Assembly (NCBI GenBank): GCA_025340205.1
Contig: CP006868.1
Coordinates: 60,001 to 92,000 of the forward strand
Reading direction: 5' to 3'
Source of the DNA: Ignicoccus pacificus DSM 13166
GTDB lineage: Archaea; Thermoproteota; Thermoprotei_A; Sulfolobales; Ignicoccaceae
DNA length: 32,000 nt
Positions 22,210-30,956 of this stretch are shown here, in pieces. Each line of letters begins with the position of its first letter. Within the stretch, counting starts at the first letter, position 1. Both the position numbers and the translations under genes were made by a program. The notes beneath the pieces were generated by a model. That model was not told where the DNA came from and did no database searches. It worked only from the letters and a program-made list of their open reading frames with translations.

Positions 22210-23318
22210 TCCTATCCCAACGAGCTACACACGGTAGGCAGACGTTGAGGGTTATAGTAGTAGGTAACGGCTTTGGAGCGCTCTCAGCTGCTTATGCTGC
22301 AGAGAAAAATGATTTAGAAATAGTCCAAGTAGGACCAGAGAAGTTTGAGTACTTGCCCTCCCTGGCTAAGATATTGAGCGGTAGAAAGAAAGGTGAAGAC
22401 TTGATGACCAAACCAAACTTTAGGTGGGAGCACGTTAACTCAATGGTAAAGGAAGTTATCGAAGAGGGGGATAAGGTAATAGTCACCACGGAGGAGGGCG
22501 AGAAGATCGAAGGAGATTACGCAGTAGTCTCCCCCGGAGCCCTTCCTTGGGTACCCGTCGAGGGAGCCATGCCTCTCTATAGAGTATCTCACGCAGTTAA
22601 CATCAAGAAGAAGCTGGATGAAGTCGGAAAGGATGCTAACGTAGTTGTAGTAGGCTCTGGACTCGTCGGTCTCGAGGCAGCTGGTGAATTAGCTTGGAGT
22701 AGGGAGGCTGGACTAAGTAATTACAGGGTGAAGATAGTTGAGGCGGCTCCGACAATATCTCCGACGTTACCTTGTAACAAGGTGAGGCCGATAATTTTGA
22801 GGAAGCTGAAGGAGCACGGTATAGAGTATTACTTGAACGCTATGGTTTCTGACATAAAGGACGGCAAGGTAGTAACTAAAGATGGTAGGGAGATAGACGC
22901 GGACGTGGTCATCTGGGCGGCCGGAGTCCAAGGTCCAAAAGTGGAAATAAAATGTGCTCAGAAAGGTCGTAGAGGATTCTATGACGTCGACGAATACATG
23001 AAGGGGGTTGGGTGTAAGAGAACTTACATTATTGGTGATGCATCGAACAGTAAGTCGTTGAAGATGGCAGAGGAAGCTATGAGGCAAGGTTGGTACTCTA
23101 TATTAAACATAGTAGGTAAGAAGAAAGAGCCATATAAACCATTCCTCACAGCGGAAAGACCTTACTGTTTCATCACCTTAGGAGCTAGGGATGGCGTAAG
23201 CGTCTTGAATAAGGTAGTTATTCCCGGAAGACTGGCCCCGGTAATGAAAGACTTGTTCGAGGTCTGGATGCTTAGAATGGCCAGAGCTGCTAAGATGAGG
23301 CCTCCGGTTCCAGTGTGA
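22188..23318 (+). CDS. NDH-II-like FAD-dependent pyridine nucleotide-disulfide oxidoreductase
   Basis: Two dinucleotide folds (VIVVGNGFGALSAA and VVVVGSGLVGLEAAGEL), VIWAAGV, IIGDAS. ATG 22188 overlaps the previous stop by 22 nt. An internal TTG just before RVIVVG is a possible alternative start. Confidence 0.85.
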   Translation: MGQQWEIILSQRATHGRQTLRVIVVGNGFGALSAAYAAEKNDLEIVQVGPEKFEYLPSLAKILSGRKKGEDLMTKPNFRWEHVNSMVKEVIEEGDKVIVTTEEGEKIEGDYAVVSPGALPWVPVEGAMPLYRVSHAVNIKKKLDEVGKDANVVVVGSGLVGLEAAGELAWSREAGLSNYRVKIVEAAPTISPTLPCNKVRPIILRKLKEHGIEYYLNAMVSDIKDGKVVTKDGREIDADVVIWAAGVQGPKVEIKCAQKGRRGFYDVDEYMKGVGCKRTYIIGDASNSKSLKMAEEAMRQGWYSILNIVGKKKEPYKPFLTAERPYCFITLGARDGVSVLNKVVIPGRLAPVMKDLFEVWMLRMARAAKMRPPVPV

Positions 23319-23335
23319 TCTGGTGTGAAATTGGT

Positions 23336-23644
23336 TTATTGTTCGCCCACTTTATGAGGTCTTAGGTGCTCTGGCCTTACTATTATGGTCTTGTAGACGT
23401 TTCCATCTCTTACCTTCACTATGTAGGATCTCCCCCTCTTCCCTACTACCTCTCCGACCTTTCCATGGAACCTTCTGTGAGGCATGCCGGCCCATATCGC
23501 TGGGTTGGCCTTTATCACTACCTTGTCTCCAGGCTTGTAGTCTATTAACAATAAGCTAAGGGGAGGTACGGCTCCCTTCTCTCTCGGCCTCTTTCTGAAC
23601 ACGTGCCTCGTCTTATGCCTCCAACCCTTAGGTGGCTTCACCAT
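23336..23644 (-). CDS. rpl21e: 50S ribosomal protein L21e
   Basis: MVKPPKGWRHKTRHVFRK...GDKV.I...........MPHRRFHGK.G.V.G.RG..Y.V is the L21e signature. 102 aa. Confidence 0.95.
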   Translation of the reverse strand: MVKPPKGWRHKTRHVFRKRPREKGAVPPLSLLLIDYKPGDKVVIKANPAIWAGMPHRRFHGKVGEVVGKRGRSYIVKVRDGNVYKTIIVRPEHLRPHKVGEQ

Positions 23645-23749
23645 TTCTACTACACCCGGGATCGGTGAGGGAGCTCATTATATAAGGCCTCTCACAGCCC
23701 CTCTTGAGCTGACGGAGCGTATAAGGCCCATCGCGTATGAGGGTCTGGC

Positions 23750-25417
23750 GTGGGACGCGTGAGGAGAAGCGAGATCTTCTTAAGGCCAGAGTTTGCCCCC
23801 CACAGAGCCCTATGGAGGGCCTCAGGCCTCATCGATGAAGAGCTCAAGAGGCCTTTGATAGGCGTTGCCAACGCTTGGAACGAGATAGTTCCGGGTCACG
23901 TTCACTTGGACAAGGTAGCTCAAGCGGTTAAAGCTGGCATAAGGATGGCCGGCGGAACGCCACTCGAGTTCGGCACCATAGGCGTGTGTGATGGAATAGC
24001 CATGGGTCATGAAGGAATGAGGTACTCTCTTCCCTCTAGAGAAGTAATTGCTGATACCGTTGAAATCATGGTAGAAGCGCACGCTTTAGACGGAGTAGTT
24101 CTTGTTACCAACTGCGACAAGATAACCCCAGGCTTCTTGCTGGCAGCCGCTAGGTTGGAGGTACCGGTAATCGTAATTAACGGAGGACCTATGATGCCGG
24201 GAGTGTACCACAATCAAAGAATAGACTTTAAGGACTTGATGGAGAGGATGAACGTATTGATAAAGGAAGGCAAGCTAGACGAACTGAGGAAGCTCGAGGA
24301 GAGTGCCCTTCCTGGCCCAGGAAGCTGTGCCGGCTTGTTCACAGCTAATACCATGAACATGCTAACTGAGGCGTTGGGCCTGATGTTGCCGGGAGCCTCT
24401 ACCGTGCCAGCAGTTGAGGCGAGAAGGATATGGTACGCTAAGAAGACTGGTATGAGGATAGTTGAAATGGTGAAGGAGGGGTTAACCCCAGATAAGATAC
24501 TGACCCAGAAGGCGTTGGAAAATGCCATAGCGGTTGACATGGCTCTCGGAGGTTCCACCAATTCCGTCCTTCACCTAAGCGCTTTGGCCTATGAATTAGG
24601 CCTAGACTTCCCGTTGGAGAAGTTCGACGAGATAAGTAGGAAGGTACCCCACATAGCTTCCATCTCTCCTGCTGGAAAGCACTTCGTGGTAGACTTGGAC
24701 AGAGCCGGAGGGATCCCCGCCGTACTAAAGGAGCTGGGTGAGGCCGGTCTGATACATAAGGACGCCTTGACCGTTACTGGCAAGACCGTTTGGGAGAACG
24801 TGAAAGACGCCGTAGTAAAGGACCCAGAGGTCATAAGACCATTAAGCGATCCCTATCATCCATTTGGGGGCCTAGCAATACTCAAGGGTACCTTAGCTCC
24901 AAGGGGAGCGGTGGTGAAGGCTTCCGCGGTGAAGAAGGAGCTCTGGAAGTTCAAGGGTAAGGCTAAGGTGTTCGACGGTGAGGAGAAGGCAGTGGAGGCC
25001 ATTAGAAATGGAGAAATAGAACCAGGTACCGTAATTGTGATTAGGTACGAGGGACCAAAGGGAGGACCCGGAATGAGAGAGATGCTCACCGCGACAGCTG
25101 CCGTGATGGCATTGGGCCTCGGTGACCAGGTGGCCCTAGTAACAGATGGTAGATTCTCCGGAGCTACTAGAGGCCCAGCTATAGGTCACGTCTCTCCCGA
25201 GGCAGCTGAGGGAGGACCGATAGCCCTAGTCCAAGACGGAGACGAAATACTAATTGATATAGAGAGCAGGAGGTTGGATCTGTTGGTTGATGAGAAGGAA
25301 CTTGAGGAGAGGAAGGCCAAGTGGAAGCCGCTGAAGAAGCCTCTGAGAAGGGGGATACTAAGGAGGTACGCTAAGATGGCGTTGAGCGCTGACAAGGGAG
25401 GAGCTCTGGAGTACTGA
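23750..25417 (+). CDS. ilvD: dihydroxy-acid dehydratase
   Basis: [72 protein letters not shown] start, with GTG 23759 as alternative. Confidence 0.95.
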   Translation: MGRVRRSEIFLRPEFAPHRALWRASGLIDEELKRPLIGVANAWNEIVPGHVHLDKVAQAVKAGIRMAGGTPLEFGTIGVCDGIAMGHEGMRYSLPSREVIADTVEIMVEAHALDGVVLVTNCDKITPGFLLAAARLEVPVIVINGGPMMPGVYHNQRIDFKDLMERMNVLIKEGKLDELRKLEESALPGPGSCAGLFTANTMNMLTEALGLMLPGASTVPAVEARRIWYAKKTGMRIVEMVKEGLTPDKILTQKALENAIAVDMALGGSTNSVLHLSALAYELGLDFPLEKFDEISRKVPHIASISPAGKHFVVDLDRAGGIPAVLKELGEAGLIHKDALTVTGKTVWENVKDAVVKDPEVIRPLSDPYHPFGGLAILKGTLAPRGAVVKASAVKKELWKFKGKAKVFDGEEKAVEAIRNGEIEPGTVIVIRYEGPKGGPGMREMLTATAAVMALGLGDQVALVTDGRFSGATRGPAIGHVSPEAAEGGPIALVQDGDEILIDIESRRLDLLVDEKELEERKAKWKPLKKPLRRGILRRYAKMALSADKGGALEY

Positions 25418-25533
25418 AGCCCTCCGCCAAGGGTGGGATCCTCATCACTCGGCCCCTAAGGTCTTCTTCATCGGCAAGCCCCCACCCCCTGGAACCTTTA
25501 ACTCCATAGCTCTTCAAGTCTGAGGGTGCGATT

Positions 25534-26736
25534 TTGGTAACGCCCTTACTTGGTCTCGTCGGAAAAACAAATGTCGGTAAGTCTGCCTTCTTCGCTGCCG
25601 CCACCCTAGTTGAAGTGCCTTCAGAGAACAGACCCTTCGTAACAATAGAACCTCATGTAGGAGTCGCGTATTTGAGAAAGAGGTGTGTTCACCCTGAACT
25701 TGGATTAGAGAAGTGCGATCCTATGGATGGCTTTTGTTTGAAGGGATGGAGGTTCATCCCCGTCAAGCTCGTAGACGTCGCCGGCTTGGTACCGGGTGCT
25801 TCGGAAGGGAGGGGTCTCGGTACACAGTTTCTAGACGCCGTGAGGAGAGCCGACGCGTTATTGATCGTAGTAGACGCTTCTGGAAGCACGGACGCCGAAG
25901 GAAACCCTGTACCTCCCGGAACTCACGATCCTAGAGAAGACGTTAGGATACTCTTGAAAGAGTTCTCCGGATGGATGTTTAACCAAATAACGAAAGATTG
26001 GAAGAGCTTCGCTATGAGGGTTGACACTTCCGGCGAAAGACCTGAGGAGGCTCTCTTTCAGAGGTTAAGCGGCTTTAGCGTGAAGAGGGAACAAATAATA
26101 AAGGCGTTAGAAGAACTTAACCCTCCCTCTAAGCTTAGTAAATGGAGCGAAGACGATCTGAGAAAGTTCATCGAGAAGCTGGTAGAGTTGAGGCCAAAGG
26201 TTATAGTCGCTAACAAGGTGGATGTGGAGGGAGCGGAGAAGGGAGTAGAGCTTCTTAAGGAAGAGTTCCCCTACCCGGTAATACCCACCTCGGCCGTAGC
26301 CGAACTCATATTGAGGAAGGCAGCGAAAGCCGGCTTGATAGAGTACATTCCTGGAGATTCGGACTTCAAGGAACTCAAACAGTTGGACCATAAGCAAAAG
26401 AAGGTCCTAGATGTAATAAGGAAGAAGGTGTTAGAGAAGTGGGGATCCACAGGAGTAGTTCAAGCCCTCAATGAAGCGGTGTTCAATCAACTTGATATGG
26501 TAGTGGTGTATCCAGTTCACGACGCTCATAAGTTCACTGATACTGAGGGAAGAGTGCTTCCAGAAGCAAGGTTGGTACCTCGGGGTACTACTGTAAAGGA
26601 GTTCGCCGCTTCCATACACACGGACCTCGCTAAGGGCTTTCTCTATGCAATAGACGCCAAAACAGGAAGGAAGCTCGGTGCTGACCACTTGGTAGAAGAT
26701 AACATGATTCTCAAGATAGTTAGCGCTAAGCGTTAA
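25534..26736 (+). CDS. Obg-like GTPase/ATPase of the YchF / Ygr210 subfamily with C-terminal TGS-like domain
   Basis: G1 GLVGKTNVGKS, G3 DVAGLVPGASEGRGLG, G4 NKVD, about 400 aa. TTG is the only start after the upstream in-frame stop. Confidence 0.9.
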   Translation: MVTPLLGLVGKTNVGKSAFFAAATLVEVPSENRPFVTIEPHVGVAYLRKRCVHPELGLEKCDPMDGFCLKGWRFIPVKLVDVAGLVPGASEGRGLGTQFLDAVRRADALLIVVDASGSTDAEGNPVPPGTHDPREDVRILLKEFSGWMFNQITKDWKSFAMRVDTSGERPEEALFQRLSGFSVKREQIIKALEELNPPSKLSKWSEDDLRKFIEKLVELRPKVIVANKVDVEGAEKGVELLKEEFPYPVIPTSAVAELILRKAAKAGLIEYIPGDSDFKELKQLDHKQKKVLDVIRKKVLEKWGSTGVVQALNEAVFNQLDMVVVYPVHDAHKFTDTEGRVLPEARLVPRGTTVKEFAASIHTDLAKGFLYAIDAKTGRKLGADHLVEDNMILKIVSAKR

Positions 26737-26829
26737 TGGCCATGGTTGGTTTACTTATCGAATGGTCAAATAAAGGATAAAATGCTTTACATAGGGGTAG
26801 TGTGTGGAAACACCTAGAGGTGTATAGCT

Positions 26830-28101
26830 GTGAAGGGACCAAGCTTACCAAGAAGAAACTTCTTGAAGGGACTAGCTGCTAGCGGTCTCCTAATGGGTGC
26901 TTTGGGCAAGCTAAGCTGGGCCGAAGCCGTTGATATGATGGCTGAAGCCGTCAGGAAGGGTAAGATCAACATAGTTTGGTGGGAGAGCCAAAGCTGTACT
27001 GGTGACACCACTTCTCTAATACAAGCCACCGACCCCGACCTAGTGCAAGTGCTAACCGGTGCCATTCACCTAGCCGGCCCCGGTACCGTTGGTCTACCCT
27101 TCCACGACACTGTCATGCCGGAATGGGGAGAAGGAGCTATAGAGATACTAAAGATGGCTGAGAAGGGAGTCTACGATCCCTATGTGTTGGTCCTAGAGGG
27201 TTCGGTTCCTGATGAGAACCACGCTAGGAAGTACTGTAACGATCCTAACAGGTGCTCCTACTACTGCTTCGTAGGAGAGGAGAACGGCAGACTCATCAAT
27301 TGTACCGAATGGGTCAGAAGGCTCGCTAAGAGGGCTGTCGCTGTAGTCGCTGTCGGCAACTGTGCGTGTTACGGAGGAATACCTGCCAACAAGGTGCTTG
27401 AGCCTCCACCAGGATGGAGCTACCCCAGCTGGAGCTTGAGTCCTACCGGAGCCATAGGATTCTTCGACGATCCCGTGAGGGGATACAAGGGTCTAATTAG
27501 TAGGTACACCGACATGCCGGAGTTCCAGCCCTATTACAATTACATCTACAACGGCTGTGAGCCCAAGCTCTCTCCCGACAGCAACTGCAAGCCTGCCATA
27601 GCCGTGCCCGGCTGTCCGGCCAACGGAAACGGAATACTAAGGGTCTTGGTTCACCTAGTCCTAGCCGCCCTCTACCCCAAGGTGGTACCTCTGCCGCCTG
27701 CTAGGGATTGGTTGGACGCCTACGCCAGACCAAAGTACATCTTCGGTCACACCGTGCACGAGCAGTGTCCTAGGGCCGGTTTCTACGCAGCCGGTGACCT
27801 CAGGAAGGAGCCCGGAGACAACGACGCTAAGTGTCTGTTCGCCGTCGGATGTAAGGGTCCTGTAGCTAACTGTCCTTGGAACAAGTTCGGATGGGTTAAC
27901 GGCGTGGGTGGACCCACTAGGACCGGTGGTGTGTGTATAGGATGTACCATGCCCGGTTTCAGTGACGCTTTCGAGCCCTTCTACAAGCCTCTGCCCGCCC
28001 CTGCCGCGCCCAGTCCAGCTACAGCTTTAGCTACCACCGTGGGCGCGGCGGCAGTGGGCGCGGTAGTTGGATACGCCCTAACCAAGAAGTCAAAGGGTTA
28101 A
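26830..28101 (+). CDS. hynS: [NiFe] hydrogenase small subunit, Tat-exported, with C-terminal membrane anchor
   Basis: Twin-arginine signal PRRNFLKGLAASGLL..LSWA. FeS motifs SCTGD, GNCACYGG, PGCPANG, HEQCPRAGF, KCLFAVGCKGPVANC, CIGCTMPGF. Hydrophobic C-terminus ATTVGAAAVGAVVGYAL. GTG start 7 nt after AGGTG. Confidence 0.93.
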   Translation: MKGPSLPRRNFLKGLAASGLLMGALGKLSWAEAVDMMAEAVRKGKINIVWWESQSCTGDTTSLIQATDPDLVQVLTGAIHLAGPGTVGLPFHDTVMPEWGEGAIEILKMAEKGVYDPYVLVLEGSVPDENHARKYCNDPNRCSYYCFVGEENGRLINCTEWVRRLAKRAVAVVAVGNCACYGGIPANKVLEPPPGWSYPSWSLSPTGAIGFFDDPVRGYKGLISRYTDMPEFQPYYNYIYNGCEPKLSPDSNCKPAIAVPGCPANGNGILRVLVHLVLAALYPKVVPLPPARDWLDAYARPKYIFGHTVHEQCPRAGFYAAGDLRKEPGDNDAKCLFAVGCKGPVANCPWNKFGWVNGVGGPTRTGGVCIGCTMPGFSDAFEPFYKPLPAPAAPSPATALATTVGAAAVGAVVGYALTKKSKG

Positions 28102-28117
28102 TGCGAGGTGATGTGTG

Positions 28118-30061
28118 ATGGCAGAGATATTCCTCCCCGCTTCCAATGTTAAGAAGATTAGGGGTAACGTAGCGGAGCTGTTCATAGACCCCATCACCAG
28201 AATTGAGGGTCACTTGGCTCTAAGGGCCGAGATCGATGTTCAGAAGAGGAAGCCCAAGGACACTTGGGTCTCCGCCACTATGTTCAGAGGCTTTGAGGTA
28301 TTCATGAGGGGTAGGGCTCCGGAGGACGCCATAGCTTTATCCTCCAGAGTATGTGGAGTCTGTGGAGCCAGCCACGCTAACGCCGCTACTATAGCTACCG
28401 ACATGGCTCTAGGAGCAGTCCCAACTGAGCTAGGTGTCGTCCTAAGGAACTTAGCCTTCGTAATGACTGATCACATATACGATCACAGCATAATCTTGAA
28501 CTTGCTAGGCGGGCCTGACTACAGCGAGGTCGTGGTAAAGAAGCTAACTCCAGACTGCTGGGCTAGGGCAGAGACCACTGAGGCCAAGTATTCTCACATC
28601 CACGGCTACAGGAAGATCGCTGACATAATGAGGGACTTGAACCCCATAGTAGGAAAGATATGGCAGCTTACCGTAAAGTATCAGAGGATAGCTAGAGAGG
28701 CGGGTGTACTCCTATACGGAAGGCACTCCCACCCGAGCACCTTGGTGCCCGGAGGAATAAGCACCGACCTAAGCGCTGGCAACTACCTCCTAGAAGAGTA
28801 CACCTTCAGGCTGGTGAAGCTCACAGCTTGGGTCAAGTTCGTGACCAGTATATGGATGGACATAGCTGACTTCTACAATGAGCAGTGTGACTACATGAAG
28901 CAAGGAATGACTTACCCCAAGCCCACATTCTACAGCCCTGGACTTATGGATGATCCAGAGATCTACAGCCAGATGGGCGACAATTACGTGGATATCTACA
29001 AGGCCTTCGACGAAGCTGCTATGAATAGAGGTACGCCCTCTGGACTATACATCGGAGGCGAAAAGGTAAGTGATAAGCCCAGCGACATGCAGAGGAACGT
29101 CGTCGAGTTGATAGATGGTTCCTTCTACGCTCCTTGGAAGGGCAACGGAAAGCCTCCGATAACTGAGGACCCCGCCGGAAAGCCCCTGGTCGGAGGTAAC
29201 GAGGAGCTAGCGTGGTTCCACCCGTGGAACAAGACTACCATACCCAAGCCCACTGACTTGAACTGGGGAAGCAAGTACAGCTGGGCTGCCACGGTAAGGC
29301 TATACTGGAACGGAAAGCTCTACCCATTCGAGGTAGGACCGATAGCTAGGATGTTCGTCACCGCTCACAGCAACCTCAAGGGATGGGTGGAGAAGGCTGG
29401 AGGAGCGATCAAGCATGGAGGAGGAAAGATAGAGGTAACCCTGCCCGCCTCCAGAGACGTCGAGGACCTACCGAAGGGCACTTGGGAAGAGGTGACCCTA
29501 ACCTACCACGCTCCGCCCTTCAGCACCACTATAGAGAGGGTGAGGGCCAGAGCGTTTGCCATGAGCGTCGACATAGTCGAAGCTTGGACCAACGTATTGG
29601 TTGCCTTGGATTACATCAATCATGGAAAGAGCAAAGCTTCCAGGCCATGGAAGGAGCCTGCCTTCAGCTACGGCTATGGGCAGCTAGAGGCCCCCAGAGG
29701 AAACGTAGAGCATTGGATAGTAGTGAAGGACGCCAGGATAGCCAACTATCAGATACATGCTCCAACCACCCAGAACGTTGGACCCAAGGGACCCAAGGAC
29801 GAGCTCAAGAGGTACTGCAGCAACGACGCTTGGATTACTAGGAGCCCTGAGGGATACTGCATGAGTCCCTTCGAGGCAGCCGCTTACAACACCGTGGTCA
29901 CCGAGGAGGTGCCGCCACAAGAGTGGAATGGCTTGGACTACGTGAGAGCGATAAGGAGCTTCGACCCATGTATAGCCTGTGCCGCCCACCTGGAGTTCAC
30001 GGACAATAAGAAGGTAGTGAAGACTGTGAAGAAGATGTTAACTAACGCGTGTTCTCTCTAA
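28118..30061 (+). CDS. hynL: [NiFe] hydrogenase large subunit
   Basis: N-terminal Ni-binding RVCGVCGASH and C-terminal DPCIACAAH, followed by a 23-aa tail of the kind removed by the maturation endopeptidase. GAGGTGATG SD-like motif upstream. GTG 28115 is the ORF-track alternative. Confidence 0.95.
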   Translation: MAEIFLPASNVKKIRGNVAELFIDPITRIEGHLALRAEIDVQKRKPKDTWVSATMFRGFEVFMRGRAPEDAIALSSRVCGVCGASHANAATIATDMALGAVPTELGVVLRNLAFVMTDHIYDHSIILNLLGGPDYSEVVVKKLTPDCWARAETTEAKYSHIHGYRKIADIMRDLNPIVGKIWQLTVKYQRIAREAGVLLYGRHSHPSTLVPGGISTDLSAGNYLLEEYTFRLVKLTAWVKFVTSIWMDIADFYNEQCDYMKQGMTYPKPTFYSPGLMDDPEIYSQMGDNYVDIYKAFDEAAMNRGTPSGLYIGGEKVSDKPSDMQRNVVELIDGSFYAPWKGNGKPPITEDPAGKPLVGGNEELAWFHPWNKTTIPKPTDLNWGSKYSWAATVRLYWNGKLYPFEVGPIARMFVTAHSNLKGWVEKAGGAIKHGGGKIEVTLPASRDVEDLPKGTWEEVTLTYHAPPFSTTIERVRARAFAMSVDIVEAWTNVLVALDYINHGKSKASRPWKEPAFSYGYGQLEAPRGNVEHWIVVKDARIANYQIHAPTTQNVGPKGPKDELKRYCSNDAWITRSPEGYCMSPFEAAAYNTVVTEEVPPQEWNGLDYVRAIRSFDPCIACAAHLEFTDNKKVVKTVKKMLTNACSL

Positions 30062-30068
30062 AACCACA

Positions 30069-30073
30069 TTTTT
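30069..30073 (+). terminator. oligo-T tract (T5) in the A/T-rich 70-nt hynL-isp1 spacer
   Basis: CACATTTTTGAAAATTTAAC directly after the hynL stop. It could equally be part of an internal promoter. Confidence 0.2.
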
Positions 30074-30131
30074 GAAAATTTAACTATGGGTGATTTATTC
30101 ATAATTAGCTTGTAGAATGGGGTGATGTAGA

Positions 30132-30956
30132 GTGAACGTTGGCGGCTGGGCCTCGCCGAGCAATTTGTTAGGATTCGCACTGTACTACATGCTAGTACCC
30201 AGCGTCTTCGTCTTCGCCGCCGGAGCGTCTTATAGAATAGTGAGGATGCTAGCGACCGCCAGATTCCCACCGGCGCAGAGAAGACCTTGGAGTTGGATAG
30301 AAGCAATTAAGGGCATAATATGGGTATTCCTAAGGCCTATCGTGTTCGTCGGAAAGACCAGAACTGACGACTTGATAGTGGGTCTAATCTTGCTACACGT
30401 CGTGGGAGTAATACCAGTGCTCTTCCTGTTGGCTCAGCACATGTCTTGGTGGGTCTACTACTTCCCGCCGTACAAGTATCTATGGATATTCGCAGTACCG
30501 TTGAGTATCACCAGCAGCGTATTGACCGTGACCGCCACCGTTGTGCCCACTACAACCATGTCACACGTCTTCGTGGACACCATATGGGGACCACTGACCG
30601 CTATACTGAACGGCGACCTATTGGCGATATTCGTCATGGTCGCCATAGGCTACAAGTGTGCTCTGAGGCTAGTAGAGCTGATAACTAAGCACAGTCACAC
30701 TCCCAGAAGACTAGGCGACTTCATCGCTTACGCTCTGCTCTTCGGCATAATATTCAGCGGATACGTGGCAGCTAGACACAGACCCTCTCCTGATGTGGCT
30801 ACGTATATGAACGTATTAGGACTCCACGTGCTGCTAGCAGAGATACTGCTCATGTACATCCCATTCAGCAAGTATTGGCACTTCGTGTTTGGTTATTGGT
30901 ATGGTAAGCTCCATGAGTGGTATGATACGGATCTGAAGAGGGGTGAGGCGCTATGA
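30132..30956 (+). CDS. isp1: integral membrane b-type cytochrome-like subunit (NarI/DsrM/HdrE-like), Isp1-type hydrogenase membrane anchor
   Basis: Five to six hydrophobic helices with conserved His in helices (LLHVVG, AQHMSWW, LGLHVLL) and the family-typical IPFSKYWH segment. GTG start after GGGGTGATG. Position directly after hynSL. Confidence 0.72.
   Translation: MNVGGWASPSNLLGFALYYMLVPSVFVFAAGASYRIVRMLATARFPPAQRRPWSWIEAIKGIIWVFLRPIVFVGKTRTDDLIVGLILLHVVGVIPVLFLLAQHMSWWVYYFPPYKYLWIFAVPLSITSSVLTVTATVVPTTTMSHVFVDTIWGPLTAILNGDLLAIFVMVAIGYKCALRLVELITKHSHTPRRLGDFIAYALLFGIIFSGYVAARHRPSPDVATYMNVLGLHVLLAEILLMYIPFSKYWHFVFGYWYGKLHEWYDTDLKRGEAL

Noticed and set aside
25418-25533. 116-nt G/C-rich spacer between ilvD and the GTPase gene as a possible small RNA. 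It has a C-box-like GTGATGA on the minus strand (25442-25448) and a 7-bp pairing of GGGTGGG (25431-25437) with CCCACCC (25481-25487)
   Set aside because: No D box (CTGA) lies at the right distance on the minus strand, there are no C'/D' elements, and the single long-range 7-bp stem has a 43-nt loop. This is insufficient for a C/D or H/ACA call. It may simply be 3' UTR plus a weak promoter.
85-25604. Numerous 60-175-aa ORFs antisense to, or off-frame within, well-supported genes. Examples: 85..297, 705..947, 1664..1888, 2843..3157, 5268..5594, 6193..6546, 6561..6962, 8152..8679, 14573..14911, 15740..16162, 18046..18366, 21283..21666, 24214..24561, 25371..25604
   Set aside because: These are shadow ORFs. 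They have Ser/Pro/Leu-rich or low-complexity translations, no recognisable motifs and no independent start signals. Each is fully covered by a gene with clear family signatures on the other strand or frame.
26804-26811. GTGGAAAC, matching the core of Sulfolobus mini-ORB origin-recognition boxes
   Set aside because: It is a single copy lacking the upstream CCA of the ORB consensus. There is no repeated or inverted partner, no orc1/cdc6 gene nearby, and it lies inside the hynS leader.
29383-29841. 152-aa Arg/Gly/Gln-rich ORF in an alternative frame inside hynL
   Set aside because: It lies entirely within a strongly supported conserved gene. Its composition is typical of an off-frame translation, and it has no start context.
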